A DNA stretch of 64,000 nt from Octopus vulgaris (lineage: Eukaryota), in the NCBI GenBank assembly GCA_951406725.2, contig OX597815.1, forward strand, positions 157,976,001-158,040,000, read 5' to 3'. Position numbers and translations under genes: made by a program. The stretch's first letter is position 1. Every line of letters starts with the position of its first letter. This document shows, one piece after another, positions 13,595 through 27,665 of this stretch. The notes under the pieces were generated by a model. That model did not search any database, was not told where the DNA came from, and was given only the letters and a program-made list of their open reading frames with translations.

Positions 13595-14480
13595 ATTCGT
13601 TCGTTTATTGGCCACAAGGGCTAACAAAAATCAATTAAAACATAAAGGGACAAAACACAGGACGAAAGTTACAAAGGGTTTTGCCCGTTTGAAAAAGTCC
13701 GTGTACAAAAGCAGGATAACAACGAAATATAAGTAACAATTAAAACTCCCAATAGGAGGAGGCGATTCGAAAGGTTACTCGTGGAAAAACCCATAAAAGC
13801 CTGGTCAAAAGCGGGGTAAAGAGCCCCTTTCTCCTTTTATATTTCATTTTAATTCTCACAGGTGTATCCTCAGAATTGGTCCGTTCATAGTGGCCATTCT
13901 TGCGACATTCACCCACCTTTCAATAAACTTGCTACCAGACATCACTTCCCTCTCTACTCTCATCTTCCTTTTCAAGTGAAACTTGAAAAAGTTGATGAGG
14001 CCATAATAATAATGAAATTGTTGTATACAGTGCTCAGGTGCACCCCAACTTGTCAAAAGTACGTATAGAGCACATGCAATAATGTACAAAAGTCTGGAAA
14101 GTGAACAGTGTATGAGTCAGATACATGCTTGCGTTTGTATGGAGGGGGGAAAATCAGGTGTAGTGTTGGCAAATCTCAGGAAGCATGGAAGTTTTGAAGG
14201 ATGCAGTGCTTCGACAACTAACAGCTGATGCCGGCAGTTTATTCCATACTTCAGCAACTCTTAGCGTGAAAAAATGTTTCCGAAAGTCATGGGAGCTATG
14301 CTGTTTTCTGACTTTGTAAACATGTCCACGGGTGTTAGACAGATGGAGTTTGAAAAGGTGCTCAGAGTTATTGTTTGTAAGATGGTTAATAATTTTTGGG
14401 TGTCTGCCAAGTCAGCTGCCAGACGTCGGAGTTTCAATGTATCCATGCCCAGGAAAGAAAGGCGTTCAGAATATGGCAAA
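13595..14480 (-). mobile_element. 3' end of CR1/L2-group LINE
   Basis: YSERLSFLGMDTLKLRRLAADL..., followed by RVAEVWNKLP in another frame, then a 3' UTR. Confidence 0.75.
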
Positions 14481-14759
14481 AGCCTGATGCCTAATACTCG
14501 CTTGTAATGTGATGAATATGGTTTGGCTGGATGACATCTAGTTTTGCATTATTTTATGTGCACTTCCTTTTACTAACTTCATGAAACTGAAATACGTTCT
14601 GAGGTTTGTTGGTTTCTGGTTTTGTATTTATGAGATTTTTCAGTCTCATACTTTTGTGGATTGTGTTCCGTGTTACTTTTATCTTTTATGCTTTTTTTCC
14701 TTCAGTCACTGAACTGCGGCCATGCTGGAGCACCACATTGAAGGGTTTAGTCAGACAAA

Positions 14760-15245
14760 TAGCGTGTTTCTTGGCCTCCTCCTCACTTTCAAACCGCACC
14801 TCCACGGTGGCGAACTTCCTTCCTCTTGTGTAGAAGGTCGTTCTGTCTTTAATTTCCGTAAGACATTCGTCAATGTTGTCTGTTCCTGCCACTTCTATTT
14901 TCTTGTTGGCCACACTCCACGTTCTATTTACAATAATCTTTTTCCACGCTTTTTCTGCATCACCCTCCTTCTTGAAATTTTCGAAGTGTTTCTTCAAACC
15001 TTCCTTCTCAATTAATACTTCTTTCAGCTGCAACATGTCGGCCGACAGGCTTTTGCCTGCTGCCTGGGCATAACTTGTTGTTTGCATACCCACAAAGGGT
15101 AGCTACAAATTAATTTTCAAAATTCAACTACAATAGTACTTTCAACAATAAAATTTCTAATAACAATTTCTGCAACTCACAATATCATAAACTCCAACTC
15201 CGCAAAAAACAACACTTCAACGACGCACGTGACAATCACCGATTG
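14760..15245 (-). mobile_element. possible 5' end / ORF1 (gag-like) fragment of a LINE
   Basis: 135-aa ORF starting MGMQTTSYAQAAGK (SYA..A is common at LINE ORF1 N-termini). Its last ~20 codons come from a SINE fragment at 14690-14760. Confidence 0.4.
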
Positions 15246-15847
15246 CCGATAAAAAAAAATAGTGGGTTTCCTTTGCAAATATATATCCTTTTTCCAGTGA
15301 CGAAAAGTCACTGATATCGAAAAAGTGTAAACAGGCAATAATAAATCTCTGAACGGGGTATAAACAGTAGCTTCACGACATCGCGAAGTATATTTGCCAA
15401 TTAAATGTGGCTAACCCTTAAGGGTGGATGCTATTGTAGATTGTAGCTCCAGCAGGACATCTCCTCCAGCTGGCTATTGACACACTTTCTGTGCCCTATC
15501 AGTATTTGCAACTATATATATAGTTGGAATTTACAAAAAACAAAAGACGAAGACAGGTGTGTAGACAACAAACAGGTCTCCAAAAAACGTAACAAGAACG
15601 TAACGGACGACAATGAAAACATACGGACAGATGGACGATACAATGACGGACAGGAACACTGGGGCGGAACATTCGTGGCTTTCTATTCATCAGCCAAGCT
15701 TCCAATTATCACTGCAGTTTCAGCCTGTTACACTTGATACTGCTCAAAATTGGTAGGCCCCAAAAATCTATGCTAAGAAGCGGGCAAATATATGCGACAA
15801 CACGGACAAAGAAACGAAAAAACGGAGGAAATTACAAATACAATATA

Positions 15848-15894
<47 letters not shown>

Positions 15895-15899
<5 letters not shown>

Positions 15900-16675
15900 G
15901 CGATGGGTAAATTGTCGCCGTTTCATATTTTTATTTCTTACGTGCGCAGTGTTTGTTTTTGATTCTGCCAACTACACAGTATAGTAAGGTCAGGTGGGCA
16001 CCGTCTGTGACAAAAAAACAGCACCATGATGCAATTCACTCTGCCAGATATTTGGAAACAATATGCTATACTGCTTGGCGTTCGCGCCGGAAGCTTCAAT
16101 ACGAACATTTCAGAGTGTTAGGGTGTCAATCTGAGGACTACAATTTGAGAACATGTACCGAGATTGATAAAAATCAAACATCCAATCAACATCAGGGTAT
16201 TTGACGTGATCACTAGTGATGGTGACGTTATACCTCCATTCATCTTCCCACACGGCCCCAGACTCAACACGGAGGTTTACATCAAGTGTTTGGAGGAAGT
16301 AGTGCTGCTCTGGGTCAAGAGGGCGGCTGCTGGAAGTCCCTATGACTGGCGACAGGACTCTGCACCATGCCACACAAGCAGGAGAATCCAGTCACCTAAC
16401 TCCCATACTGTAATCCCCTTGATTATTATGCGTGGGGCGCAGTTGAGCGGGAGACCAACAAAACTCCTTGTAACACAAAAGATGAACTGAAGGCAAGGAT
16501 TATGGCAGAATTCACCGGATTAAACAAGGAGACGGTCCAGAAGAATTGCAGGAGATTCCGAAGTCGTCTGGAGGCCATGATTGAAGCCAAGATGATTTTA
16601 TTGAGTGTTAAAATGAGATGTCAATGTTATTTTCATTTTTGCATAATTCAGACGACAATGTATTCACTGAACCCT
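15895..16675 (+). mobile_element. internally deleted Tc1/mariner transposon
   Basis: TA|AGGGT...ACCCT|ATA ends in TA repeats; transposase remnants KHP...ITSDGDVIPPFIF, WRQDSAPCHTS, SPNS, CRRFRSRLEAMIEA. Confidence 0.85.
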
Positions 16676-16719
16676 ATATATATATATCTAAAATTATGGA
16701 ATGGAGTTGATAAAATTCA

Positions 16720-16802
16720 GGCTACATATGTTTCATGGCTAGTAAAACTGGGAAGTTATAATTATCCAAACGAAGGGTGATCCGCTAGCTACTCGTCGGA
16801 CC
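16720..16802 (-). ncRNA. degenerate type I hammerhead ribozyme, long stem II
   Basis: - strand reads GGT-CCGACGA-GTAGCTAG...CTAGCCAT-GAAAC-ATAT-GTA-GCC. One core mismatch (CCGACGA vs CUGANGA). An inverted partial copy lies at 16891-16948. Confidence 0.55.
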
Positions 16803-17162
16803 AAAGATACCTCAGTCAAAAGAAGTTAACATTGTCGTCAAGAGATGCCATGTTGACTCGCAGGAGATTTGATCGAAAATCCGAGATTCTGGTAGCTATG
16901 AAACACATGTAGCCTGGATTCTATCTACTCCATTCACTAATTTTGGATTTCTATTTGCATACACAGCAACCCCTGCTGCTAACTATAAGCTATAAAACAT
17001 TTTTTTCAGCTTATCGAACTTCGATTCAGGAAAAATTTATAACCTTCTACGTCAACAACCACTATTGTTCCTGAAAGTTGTTTTTTAATACCTTATACGG
17101 ATTGCTCGAAGCTTACTATCTCCTTATACCTTGATCCTTGGATCTTACCATTACATATTATA

Positions 17163-17960
<798 letters not shown>

Positions 17961-17999
17961 ATATATATATATATATATATATATCATCATAGCATCATA

Positions 18000-18866
18000 A
18001 TTTTGAAATATCTATAAAACCGTCAAAAGCTGGGTTTTTTTATTTATTGTTAGTGTTGCTTTATACGTTTTTCTAAAATTGCTGTTTCTTTTCAGATATC
18101 ATCAGAAAAAGGTAATTAAAATTCATTAAAATGACAGATATATCGAACTTTAAAAGAGGTCAAATTGTTGGTGTTCATATGGCAGGCACTTGCATAACGA
18201 AAACAGCCAAAATGTTTGGTGTCTCGAAAGTAATGACAGCCTTTGAGAAAGAGGTAAAAACCTCTTCGTCGAAACAAAACTCCGGAAGAAAACCAAAACT
18301 TTCAGATAGGGACCATCGGACTGTCAAATTGTTAGACAGGATCACAAAAGTACAGCTCCCAAAATTACTGCAGAGCTTAATGACCACCTCGAGAACCTAG
18401 TTTCCACAAAAACTGTTCGCCGGGAGCTGCATAAAGCCGGATTTCACGGGAGGGCTGCAATCAGAAAACCACTACTTTCAAAAACAAAAGCTGCAAAGCG
18501 TTTAGAGTGGAGTAAAACCCTACGGAATTGGTCCCTAGAGCAGTGGGAGAATGTTATTTTCTCGGACGAGTCATCCTTTACCTTACTTCCGACCACCGGC
18601 CGAATATACGTGTGTAGACAGCCAAAAGAAGTATTTGACCCAGACTACTTTCTTCCAACTGTTAAACATGGAGGAGGATCTGTGGTGATCTGGGGTGGAG
18701 GGCTATATCTTGGAAATCTGCCAGTCTCATGGTTTCCCTTCATAACAGAGTTAATAGTAAAGATTATTTAAGCATTTTATCTGATTAAATTCATCCTATG
18801 GTTGCGAAACTGTTTCTGGAGGGAAACGCAATCTGTCAGGATGATAATGCACCAATTCACACAGTT
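18000..18866 (+). mobile_element. Tc1 transposase pseudogene (3' truncated)
   Basis: MTDISNFKRGQIVG HTH; SGRKPKLS; VIFSDESSF; PTVKHGGGSVVIWG; QDDNAPIH. Confidence 0.9.
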
Positions 18867-19129
18867 GAAGATGGAATTTAGATTACAAGAAAGCTTTCAA
18901 ATCTATTTCCCATATAGAGGTCCTTAATCTTGCTGAAATTGAAACAGCCGTAATCAAGGCCACAGACAACCAATCTCGTTTTATCCTGGGTCACCATTCT
19001 GAGGATTAAATACAGGAACTCGTTCTATTGTCTTTGGCAGGCTAAAGTGACGCGAAGGTGTATTTCAGAGAGATATTTTCTGTTCGTTATTGTTCAAACT
19101 TGTAGTGAACTACTTATACTTCCTGTAGT

Positions 19130-21010
19130 AGAAATCCATGTGTAAGGAACTATCTATATTGTTGAGGAACTATATGTCATTGATTCATAGGAGACTAGAA
19201 ATACCAACCTGATACACAGATTCTTAGTGGATGATCTGTAGCTATTCGCCATAAACTATAAGCCTTATTTAAAAGAGCGTTGACATAGTTATGGTTCTTA
19301 TCAAAAGACAGTGATAGACTTGGACCAAAATGGATGCTTCAGCTTGATTATAAAACGAGGGAAAATATCTATAGACCAGTCTGGCGACATTTCTGTCAAT
19401 GTCCTGGAAATTTTTCCTGTACCTATAAGACAAAGAATGCAACGGGATACTAGAAGTGGACGAAAACATATCCTATAACGGCACTTGTAATAAGGAACGT
19501 ATAACCGGAGAATATTACACCCAGATGAAATTAAATATAGCCCACGAATTTCTGTGTACAATCAATCAGTCAAGATATTTTTCTGTATCAATTTTATTAC
19601 AAGCATGTGGGTTGCTTCATTAGACACTAGATGATTCGAGTTATTCATGTTAGAAACCGAAACTTACCAGGAGAAATTTCCACTTTAATAATGATATTGA
19701 CTATCTCTAGCTATAATAAAAACATACATGAAGAGGCATAACATCAACCTAAACATTTGTAACAGGATCTGGAATCGGTATCACTGAAGGGGTGTCCGAT
19801 CCGATCCCGTCACATTCAATTTAGTTAGATATAGCAGACGAAGTCAGGTTATCTGGGAAAGACAGCAAATTGTTGTTTATTACTCGTGATGGTGTGCGTA
19901 TTTTCTGAGGGGAAACGACAGCCGAATCTTTGTACTGCTTCTTGTTGGTTGATTAAAGTGATTCGGTGTGGTCCGTTGCTAAGCCGGTGTAGAGTTCTCA
20001 GAGACTACCAAAATGCACGTCTGTTCACGAGGGCTGAAAGCGCCAGAGAGAGTGAATGAGTGGACTGTGCCTTAGGGGTCAGTTTCCCGCAAATGCGCAT
20101 GGGGAAGACTTCCGGTGGCCACCCGGAAGTAGTCCCATTCTGCGCATGCACGCTGAACCTTACACAGTAGCATCACTACACATTCCTTGAATGTCGTATA
20201 ATATACAGTCGACAGCATCTACAAAACAGCAGGCGTTGTAGTACATCCCTCGATTAAGTTTATATACACGAGTATCGTGGGTGTTGTAAAGGACTTGACA
20301 CTAAGTATTTCCTGTCTAATGACCAAGAATACATACCCACAAAAAACTGCTCATTTTTACAGCAAAAGAACTTCAAATGAATGGTTAATCGCCTTTTCAA
20401 CAAGTCATGCACGAATTGTTAGAAAGCTTAAAAGAGTAAACATGAATAACCAGAGTAGTCTACCTTGGATCAATAACCAGTATATCAGCGGTCACTTCGA
20501 AGGATATGCTTTTGCAATCCAAGAACAAGAAATAACAAGAAAATACCTGATTCACACAAAGGATAGGGATGCTGGTAGGGCACTAAAATGTGAAATCCAA
20601 TCCAGACTGTCAAATTAGTGCCAAAAGTGAAGCCAGCATCATAAGCTACTCTCCGTAAAATGTTAATCATGACGCTATCTATTTTGAGAGGCAAAAATCA
20701 CTATACAATGCAATTCGTTGCTTGGTAAATCCTGAACATAAAAAATATAAAGAGAATGCAGTAATGTGGAAGGCAGCCACATTTATAATAAAAAAGAAAC
20801 TAGTAAAATGTTCCTGTCAAAACTTCCGTAAATAAACGTACACTCAGCAAAGCAGAGCTAATTATCTGGGACTGAGAAAAGAAAGCGTGCGCAGTAGTAG
20901 GAATCGGTTGTTCAACTAGCATTAACATAAATGATAAAATAAAAAGTAAAAGAAAAAATTTGTGTCGGATAAATGAGAAACTCGACTATAACTTCAGAGT
21001 TATGCCTGCG
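19130..21010 (+). mobile_element. degraded RLE-type (R2/R4 group) LINE interrupted by a solo LTR
   Basis: FLVDDL*LFA; ISGHFEGYAFAIQEQEITRKYL; remnants of the zinc knuckle and LIIWD. Confidence 0.7.
19758..20164 (-). mobile_element. solo LTR
   Basis: TGTAA...TTACA termini; near-TSD catt/cagt; AATAAA on the - strand near 19875; interrupts the LINE. Confidence 0.7.
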
Positions 21011-21019
21011 GTTATTAGG

Positions 21020-21345
21020 GTAGCCCTCCTGTGAAATCCGGCTTTATGCAGCTCCCGGCGAACAGTTTTTGTGGAACCTGGGTTTTCGAGGTGGTCATTA
21101 AGCTCTGCAGTAATTTTGGGAGCTGTACTTTTGTGAGCCTGTCTAACAATTCGAAAGTCCGACGGTTCCTATCTGAAAGTTTTGGTTTTCTTCTGGAGTT
21201 TTGTTTCGACGGAGAGGTTTTTACCTCTTTCTCAAAGACTGTCATTACTTTCGAGACACCAAGCATTTCGGCTGTTTTCATTATGCAAGTGCCTGCCATA
21301 CGAGCACCAACAATTTGACATTCTTTGAAAGTTACTGTGGTCATG
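21020..21345 (-). mobile_element. Tc1 fragment, same family as 18000-18866, inverted
   Basis: QIVGARMAGTCIMKTAEMLGVSKVMT...KPKLSDR, highly similar to 18140-18460. Confidence 0.9.
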
Positions 21346-23656
21346 TAATTAATCGTCACCGCACCTGCCTTAAAACGCTGGGTCTTCCAAGGCCAGCGAG
21401 ACACCGCTAGTTTAGAAATTACAATTAAAAATTAATGAAATTGTGAAAATATATAAAATATTTCTGGGGTGGCCTGGTAAAGATACACACATATACAGAC
21501 ATAATAACGTTTGTACTTGTAGACATACATATAAGCCAAAACATACAGATCCGCTACATTCAATTACATGCTTACATGTATATTTCGCGGTTGTGTTCGA
21601 GTATACGCGTGTATATAGATAAAGCTTGTTTTATATAGTATACGTGTGTATATAGATAAAGCTGGTTTATATAGTATACGTGTGTATGTAGACAAAGGAA
21701 GAAACAGCTAAGCATGAGGATTAGATGCGATGCTTTATTCAACCCATTAAAAAGCAAAGTTGATGGAATACATCTTATAAGATACTGCCAGAAAATATAC
21801 ATAAGGTTTCTCATGCAGTTGGTGCATGGTGATGTATGCGATGTAGAAAATGAAAATAAATACATGACATGGCTTCTGCTGGATGAAGAAACAGAGGTAC
21901 GCGTCGAAAGCTACCCGAGACTGCCTCCGAAACAAACTTTCTCTCTGCCGAAGTCGACCTCGCTAAGCCACCTCACTCAAGAAATAGTGAAAAAATTTCT
22001 CTTTGTGTAGCCGACAGTAGGTTCCAGCGATTAGACATAAATTTCCCGCGCTCGGTTGGTCTGTCATGTGATGGGATGAGAGCCAGTGTAAAGCTAGAAG
22101 GGCTAAATCGATGTATAACCCCTCGCGTGACCAGATCATGTGACCACTTATAGAAAACAAGCGTATGCAGTGATATGCACCTATTTAAAGGTAAACAAGC
22201 AAACTGTGGGCTTGCTGCACATATATAAGTATGCAAGTAAATGCATGCATGCATGCATACATACATACATACATGCATTTTTTTAGCCAGCCGCCACCTG
22301 CAAATGAGTATGGCTAGCTAACTCTACAATGTTTTCGTTAATTGCTTTAGGTGACTATGTAGTCGGGAGCAGACACAGAAACCCTCTCGACTATCCCTTT
22401 AATCCAGCGATGCATCCAGGATATGACAGCTGGAGGGAGAAGAGCACTCAAGTGATGCTCATTTTCAGCTGAGTAGACTAGAACAACGTGAAATGAATTG
22501 TTTTGCTCAAGGACACAACGGTGGTAGCGTCAGCATCTGTTGTTTTGATGCGAAGCCATTGTATTCTATGCGCCAGTGTATACTTGTTGCCGAAGTGTGA
22601 TGCAGACCGGCTGATATAAAAGTTGTCACTATTGTAATCCTTCAAGTAGTTTTTATGGCTTCAAAATGCATTGTTTCTCTTGTCTGCATATTTTAGTGTA
22701 AACTTATAGATGAGCTACTCACTATAAAGCTACCTCCAAACATTTCGATACTTGATCTACGGTGTTGTATGTCTCCAGTGACTAACACCGTAGCTCAATA
22801 AATCGTAGAATCAGCTTTGCACAAATTCCCGAGGAGATATAACTCTTTATTTTGACAATCTCAACTGCCCCACCCCCCAAGGTTGGCGAGATTATTCAAA
22901 CCATTTCCTACAGAATTAGTAACCGAGTTTTTTTTTTAGTTTATGCCGTGGTTTGAGATGTCTATTAGGTGATTTGGGGCGCATAGTTCCTGAGATAATG
23001 TTCCCCTTCTTTATTATGCAACTATAGCTAGCCTTGAAATTTTACCAGTTAAAAGACTGAAATATTGTGTACTATGGAAACTTTTCTGGATCGGGTTAAG
23101 CTTGGATTTTTTGGCAATATTGGATTTCACATTAAATTTATTTGGAGGGTTGAACCAACGTGAAACAGGGAAAGAGAAAAAGATGAGAAACAAAAGTCGG
23201 AGTGGTTCTATTAGAGACCTGGGTTGCCTGCGCACCATTTCCCCCCACACGACTACGACCTTGCCGATATTGGAAAACAAATGCAGTAAATCCGTACATT
23301 ATTACTTAAATCAATTCTTTTTTTTCTTTTTAATTCAGTTTCAGAGACATGTTCAAACTCATCAACTATTCACCAACTGCAATGAAGGAGTGTAATGTTG
23401 ATGATCTAGCTTTATTTAAATAAACACCAATCGAATATCGATGATCAATATACTTCATACATTTTATTTCGTCGATATCCAAATACAAGTCTTTGTCTGT
23501 TGTTATGTTTAGTAACTTGGCTAAACCAGCTTTCAACTCTTCAAAGTTGAAGGACTAATTTCAGATGTAAACCATTTGCAATCATACAATTGGTGGTGAA
23601 ACAGAGGAACTGTTATATTTACTTAACCTTTGTGATAATATTTATATACTTTGATA

Positions 23657-23868
23657 AGGCGACGAGCTGGCAAAGTCGTTTGTGCGCCGAACAAAATACT
23701 TAGCGACATTCCATCCGTCTTTACATTCTCAGTTTAAATTCTGCTGAGATCACATTTGCCTTTCATCCTATCGTGGTCGATAAAATAAGTACCAGTTAAG
23801 CACAGGAGTCGATGTAATCGACTACACCCCCTCCCAATTTCAGGCCTTGTGCCTATAGTAGAAAGGAA
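23657..23868 (+). mobile_element. tRNA-derived SINE (family A)
   Basis: ggcgacgagctggca...ccttgtgcctatagtagaaagga. Confidence 0.85.
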
Positions 23869-24149
23869 TATCTATATACTTCAATTTGTCGATAAATTTT
23901 GTGGAAGAATTGGTCTTTTGAGATGCAGTAGACTAACGTCAGTGACCTGGTCGTAAACGTGCGACAAATTTTTTAGGTATTTTATAGTATTATACAATTA
24001 ATTCTATACGAAAACAAAACTTGAGTGTTACAGTATATATATATGTGTGTTTTAAAGGGCCACGATGTAATTGTTTCGCCTCTAAATCACACCATACCGT
24101 TCTTCTGAAAGCAAGACAAGTGGGGTTTTTTTCTCCCTCTGCAATATTG

Positions 24150-24322
24150 GTTTCAGTTTTTGATACAAGGCCAGCAATTTCGGGGGAGGGGCTAAGTCGA
24201 TTATATCGGCCCCAGTACTCAATTGGTACATATTTTATTGACTCCTAAAGGATGAAAGGCAAAGTCGACCTCGGCGGAATTTGAACTCAGAACGTGAAGA
24301 TGGACAAAATGCCGCTAAGCGT
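24150..24322 (-). mobile_element. 5'-truncated family A SINE
   Basis: aaaggatgaaaggcaaagtcgacctcggcggaatttgaactcagaacg. Confidence 0.85.
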
Positions 24323-24577
24323 TTTTTTCCTAGTGTATACATAACATACATACAAAAATACCCTGTTAATGTTAAACTTCAATGAAGGAATCTTTGATGT
24401 AGGTTAGAAACCGGGTCTCTCTCTCTCTCTCTTTCTTTCTCTTTCTTTTGGCTAGAAATCTTTAAATAAAACTGAATAATCACACACACACATACTCACA
24501 TATAATACATACATAAACACATACATGTATATACATACATAATACATAGTGTTTGTGTGTGTGTGCGTGTGTGTGTG

Positions 24578-24637
<60 letters not shown>

Positions 24638-25028
24638 CGTGCCGCCTTCTCCTTCTGCAATATTATATTACAGCTAAAACTCTAGATACTGCTTGCAAGC
24701 CGATAATATGTTTCTTCTTTTGGGAGTTTGCTGTTTCTTTGGTCTTGCAGATTATGATTATTCTGCCTCATTGTTTCTGGTTCTCTCAGTAAATTACTAA
24801 ATATGTCTGTTAATACCTTCTCGCTATCTATTAGATATTTCCACAAAAAATTTCTGAATTATTTAAGGTGTCTTCCAGTTAGTCAGTGTTTGTAGCGTCT
24901 GAACTCCCTCTTCAGTTGTTATTGCTTACAGCTGTCCGTCAAAGTTGACGACGACGTTGTCCTCTAGGAGTCTTATCCTACATTTTGTAAGTTGATAGGT
25001 AGGAAAAACAGTCCGGTCCTGCAATGGC

Positions 25029-25253
25029 ATGTCCTTGAACACAGATAACAAGGGAAGTTGCAACAGCTCAGAGAAGGAAGCAGCTTTCAATTATGATCCA
25101 GCAGTTCACTATACAGATGACATTAGAGTTTCCATTGGTGCAATGTCAACTGAGTGCAGACATTGTAAAGCAAAGAAGTGGCCTGGAGAGACACCTGCAC
25201 TGTACTGCAGTGGTGGAAAGGTTAAGAAGAAACTGTTGTCATCAACTGACTAA
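25029..25253 (+). mobile_element. Helitron Rep/helicase N-terminal zinc-finger fragment
   Basis: AAFNYDP...IGAMSTECRHCKAKKWPGETPALYCSGGKV fits the IGxMxxxCxxCxAxKWxxE...CCxxGKV motif of Helitron RepHel proteins. Confidence 0.75.
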
Positions 25254-25465
25254 GATTCCAAGCACTTTCAAAACAAAATTAGACAATGCAATTCTGCACT
25301 ACAGATGGCATCATTTGGAGCCACAAGTGAGTCTGAGATGACATTGACGTCTCTTTTCCTCAAGGCTCTCACGTCGGATTAGTTCAAAGTGTGCAGCTCC
25401 TTCCCAACATTGTTCAAGCGCTACATTTGTTGTTTTAAACATTCTCATTAATGGTAATCCCTGCC

Positions 25466-25629
25466 CACTAGCGTAACTACAGTGTATGCCGCCCGGGGCG
25501 GCCCTTCCGTTTGCCGCCCCCGGATCCCACAAAAAATGTATTTCCTACAGCAGACTCAAATGTAGTGCCCCTTTAAAAGTGCCTCTCGAGGAGGACCACC
25601 CATACCATCCCTACCTAGCTACGCTAGTG
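25466..25629. mobile_element. hAT-type MITE
   Basis: TIRs CACTAGCGTA / TACGCTAGTG; 8-bp TSD tccctgcc (25458-25465) and tccctacc (25630-25637), one mismatch. Confidence 0.85.
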
Positions 25630-26285
25630 TCCCTACCTCCCAATTTTTTCTACTTGTCTTAGTGCTGGAACCGGTACTATATTGATTGTTACTTTTCATC
25701 ATAAATTCTTTACCATTTAAAGAATATCTGTTATCTTAGTCGTTCTTTGATTTACGCTGGATATTTGGTTTTCTAAAGTTATATTTCTGTATTTTCTCTC
25801 TTAACCTTTTATTCATTTGTATCTTTTCATTGACGATTACATTAATGTTTGAGAGATGAAAGATTTTATTTTCTATCTTCATGTATTTTCCTATGTTATG
25901 TAACTGGGCGTGGACGTTCTTGTCTTAGTAGTTCTGAGAAAACAGACTTTTCTTTATGACGAATGTGACTGCTACATCGATTATTTGCTTCACCCGGATT
26001 ATGATATTGATATTAACATGTTTTCACTAAGATGACTAGGTTCGCGTTTCATATTCTTGTTAGTCCAGTTTGTTTTGTTTTTTGTTTTTCTTTTCAAATA
26101 TAGTACTGTATTATCTCTTTTGTAAGCCAGTTACATACATACACACATGTATGCATACAAACATACATACATATACGCGCGCGTACACGCTCATACACAC
26201 ACACCTCTTTGTATGTATGTATTATGTATGTATATATATATGTTTGTGTGTGTATGTATGTATTATGTATATGTGTGTGTGTATT

Positions 26286-26356
<71 letters not shown>

Positions 26357-26469
26357 CATTATTCAGTTTTATTTCAAGATTTCTTGCCAATAGAGAAAGA
26401 GCCGGTTTCTAACCCATATCCAAAGCTCCTTCATTAGAATATCAACATCAACAGGGTATTTTTGTATGC

Positions 26470-26502
<33 letters not shown>

Positions 26503-27049
26503 TGTATGTATGTATGTATGTGTGTGTGTATGTGTATATGTATGTATGTATGTACGTATGTGTGTGTGTATGTGTGTATGTATGTGTGTATGTATGTATG
26601 CATGTATGTATGTATTAAGCATGTATGTATATAGGTAAGTAGGTAGGTAGGTAGGTAGGTAGGTAGGTAGGTAGGCAGGTAGGCAGGCAGGTAGTGATTA
26701 CGTGTGTTTATATTCCACCAATTTCATCATCATCATCATCATTTTTAAAATCATGATGAAGGTGGATATACATTGTCGACGCTGCTATAATATCGAACAG
26801 AACATTATTGTCGGACTTGACGTCCCAATGTTTGCGGCCTAAAACAGTGGTTCTCAACCGTCGTCCATATGGCCTTTGGGAATCCGTATAAAATTCGGAG
26901 GTTTAGTAACTGCTCAACTCTATTTTGATGATTTTACAGTGATGCTCAACGTAGATTTGAATATGTATATTTTTTCCCTAATGCAATCACAGGTCTTTTA
27001 TAATGCTTCTTTTTTCTTTTCCAATATTTCAGATCCACCGTTTGTGATC

Positions 27050-27442
27050 ATGCCTAGAATTACGGTATTAACACTACTTTCGATAACGTCCTCAATGCTA
27101 GTATTTTACTGCCTTGCATCGGAGTTGAAGCCCGAACAGATCAACCGACCACAATCTATTGCAGCTCCTCGCACAGAGCGAGACACAACCAGAGCATCGA
27201 AAGATGTTCTGGCTAATATCTTATTAAACATCCTACGAGAAAGGAGTATGGCAAATGGATATATAAACTATCCATCGGCTTCCAATTTGGACAACCAGCT
27301 TGATTCATCGCCTCAGCTACAGAAGAAGAATACATATTATGGTTACCGTCGAAGCAATGGACGTGTGCCATCGTTCGGGAGTAAGATTTTCCCTTCTTCA
27401 TCAGAAGAAGATAGCGGTCCTTCAGTTTTTAGATATGGTTAA
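27050..27442 (+). CDS. NKY: NKY-type RYamide neuropeptide precursor (130 aa)
   Basis: Polypyrimidine tract and AG acceptor at 27031-27032; ATG at 27050; signal peptide MPRITVLTLLSITSSMLVFYCLA; dibasic KK and RR sites. The C-terminus ...RVPSFGSKIFPSSSEEDSGPSVFRYG-stop carries the amidation Gly, and SFGSxIxP...GP...RYamide resembles annelid/mollusc NKY. The upstream part of the 188-aa ORF is intronic. Confidence is higher for a neuropeptide precursor than for the NKY label. Confidence 0.85.
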   Translation: MPRITVLTLLSITSSMLVFYCLASELKPEQINRPQSIAAPRTERDTTRASKDVLANILLNILRERSMANGYINYPSASNLDNQLDSSPQLQKKNTYYGYRRSNGRVPSFGSKIFPSSSEEDSGPSVFRYG

Positions 27443-27659
27443 TTTTAAAAAAACAACAACAACAAAATGGAACTATACACTGACACGCCTAATTTTAACT
27501 ACAACTGTAGAAATTACAACTTCAACAACAACAACAACAACAACAACATCAACAGCAGCAGCAGCAATAATATTAACAAGGACAACATCAACAACAGCAG
27601 CAGCAGAAATAAGCAGAAGCAACATCAATTTAAATTACAAATAATTTAGTAAAATACGA

Positions 27660-27665
27660 AATAAA
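27660..27665 (+). terminator. polyadenylation signal of the neuropeptide gene
   Basis: AATAAA about 220 nt after the stop, followed by a GT/T-rich tract near 27691-27720. Confidence 0.65.

Noticed and set aside
15640-15740. Possible permuted hammerhead on the - strand (GAAACTGCAGT…CTGATGA)
   Set aside because: No UH cleavage triplet, and stems I and II are not convincingly paired.
19000-19075. CTGAGGA followed by a long AAATAC/GTATTT stem
   Set aside because: GAAA, stem III and stem I are missing; at most a relic.
21714-22200. 98-aa ORF and E-box/TATA-like motifs as a gene or as the neuropeptide promoter
   Set aside because: No recognisable homology or convincing exon structure; the motifs are short enough to occur by chance.
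26876-27049. N-terminal 58 aa of the 188-aa ORF
   Set aside because: Non-ATG start, and it lies mostly upstream of a strong splice acceptor at 27032. The signal peptide begins at ATG 27050.
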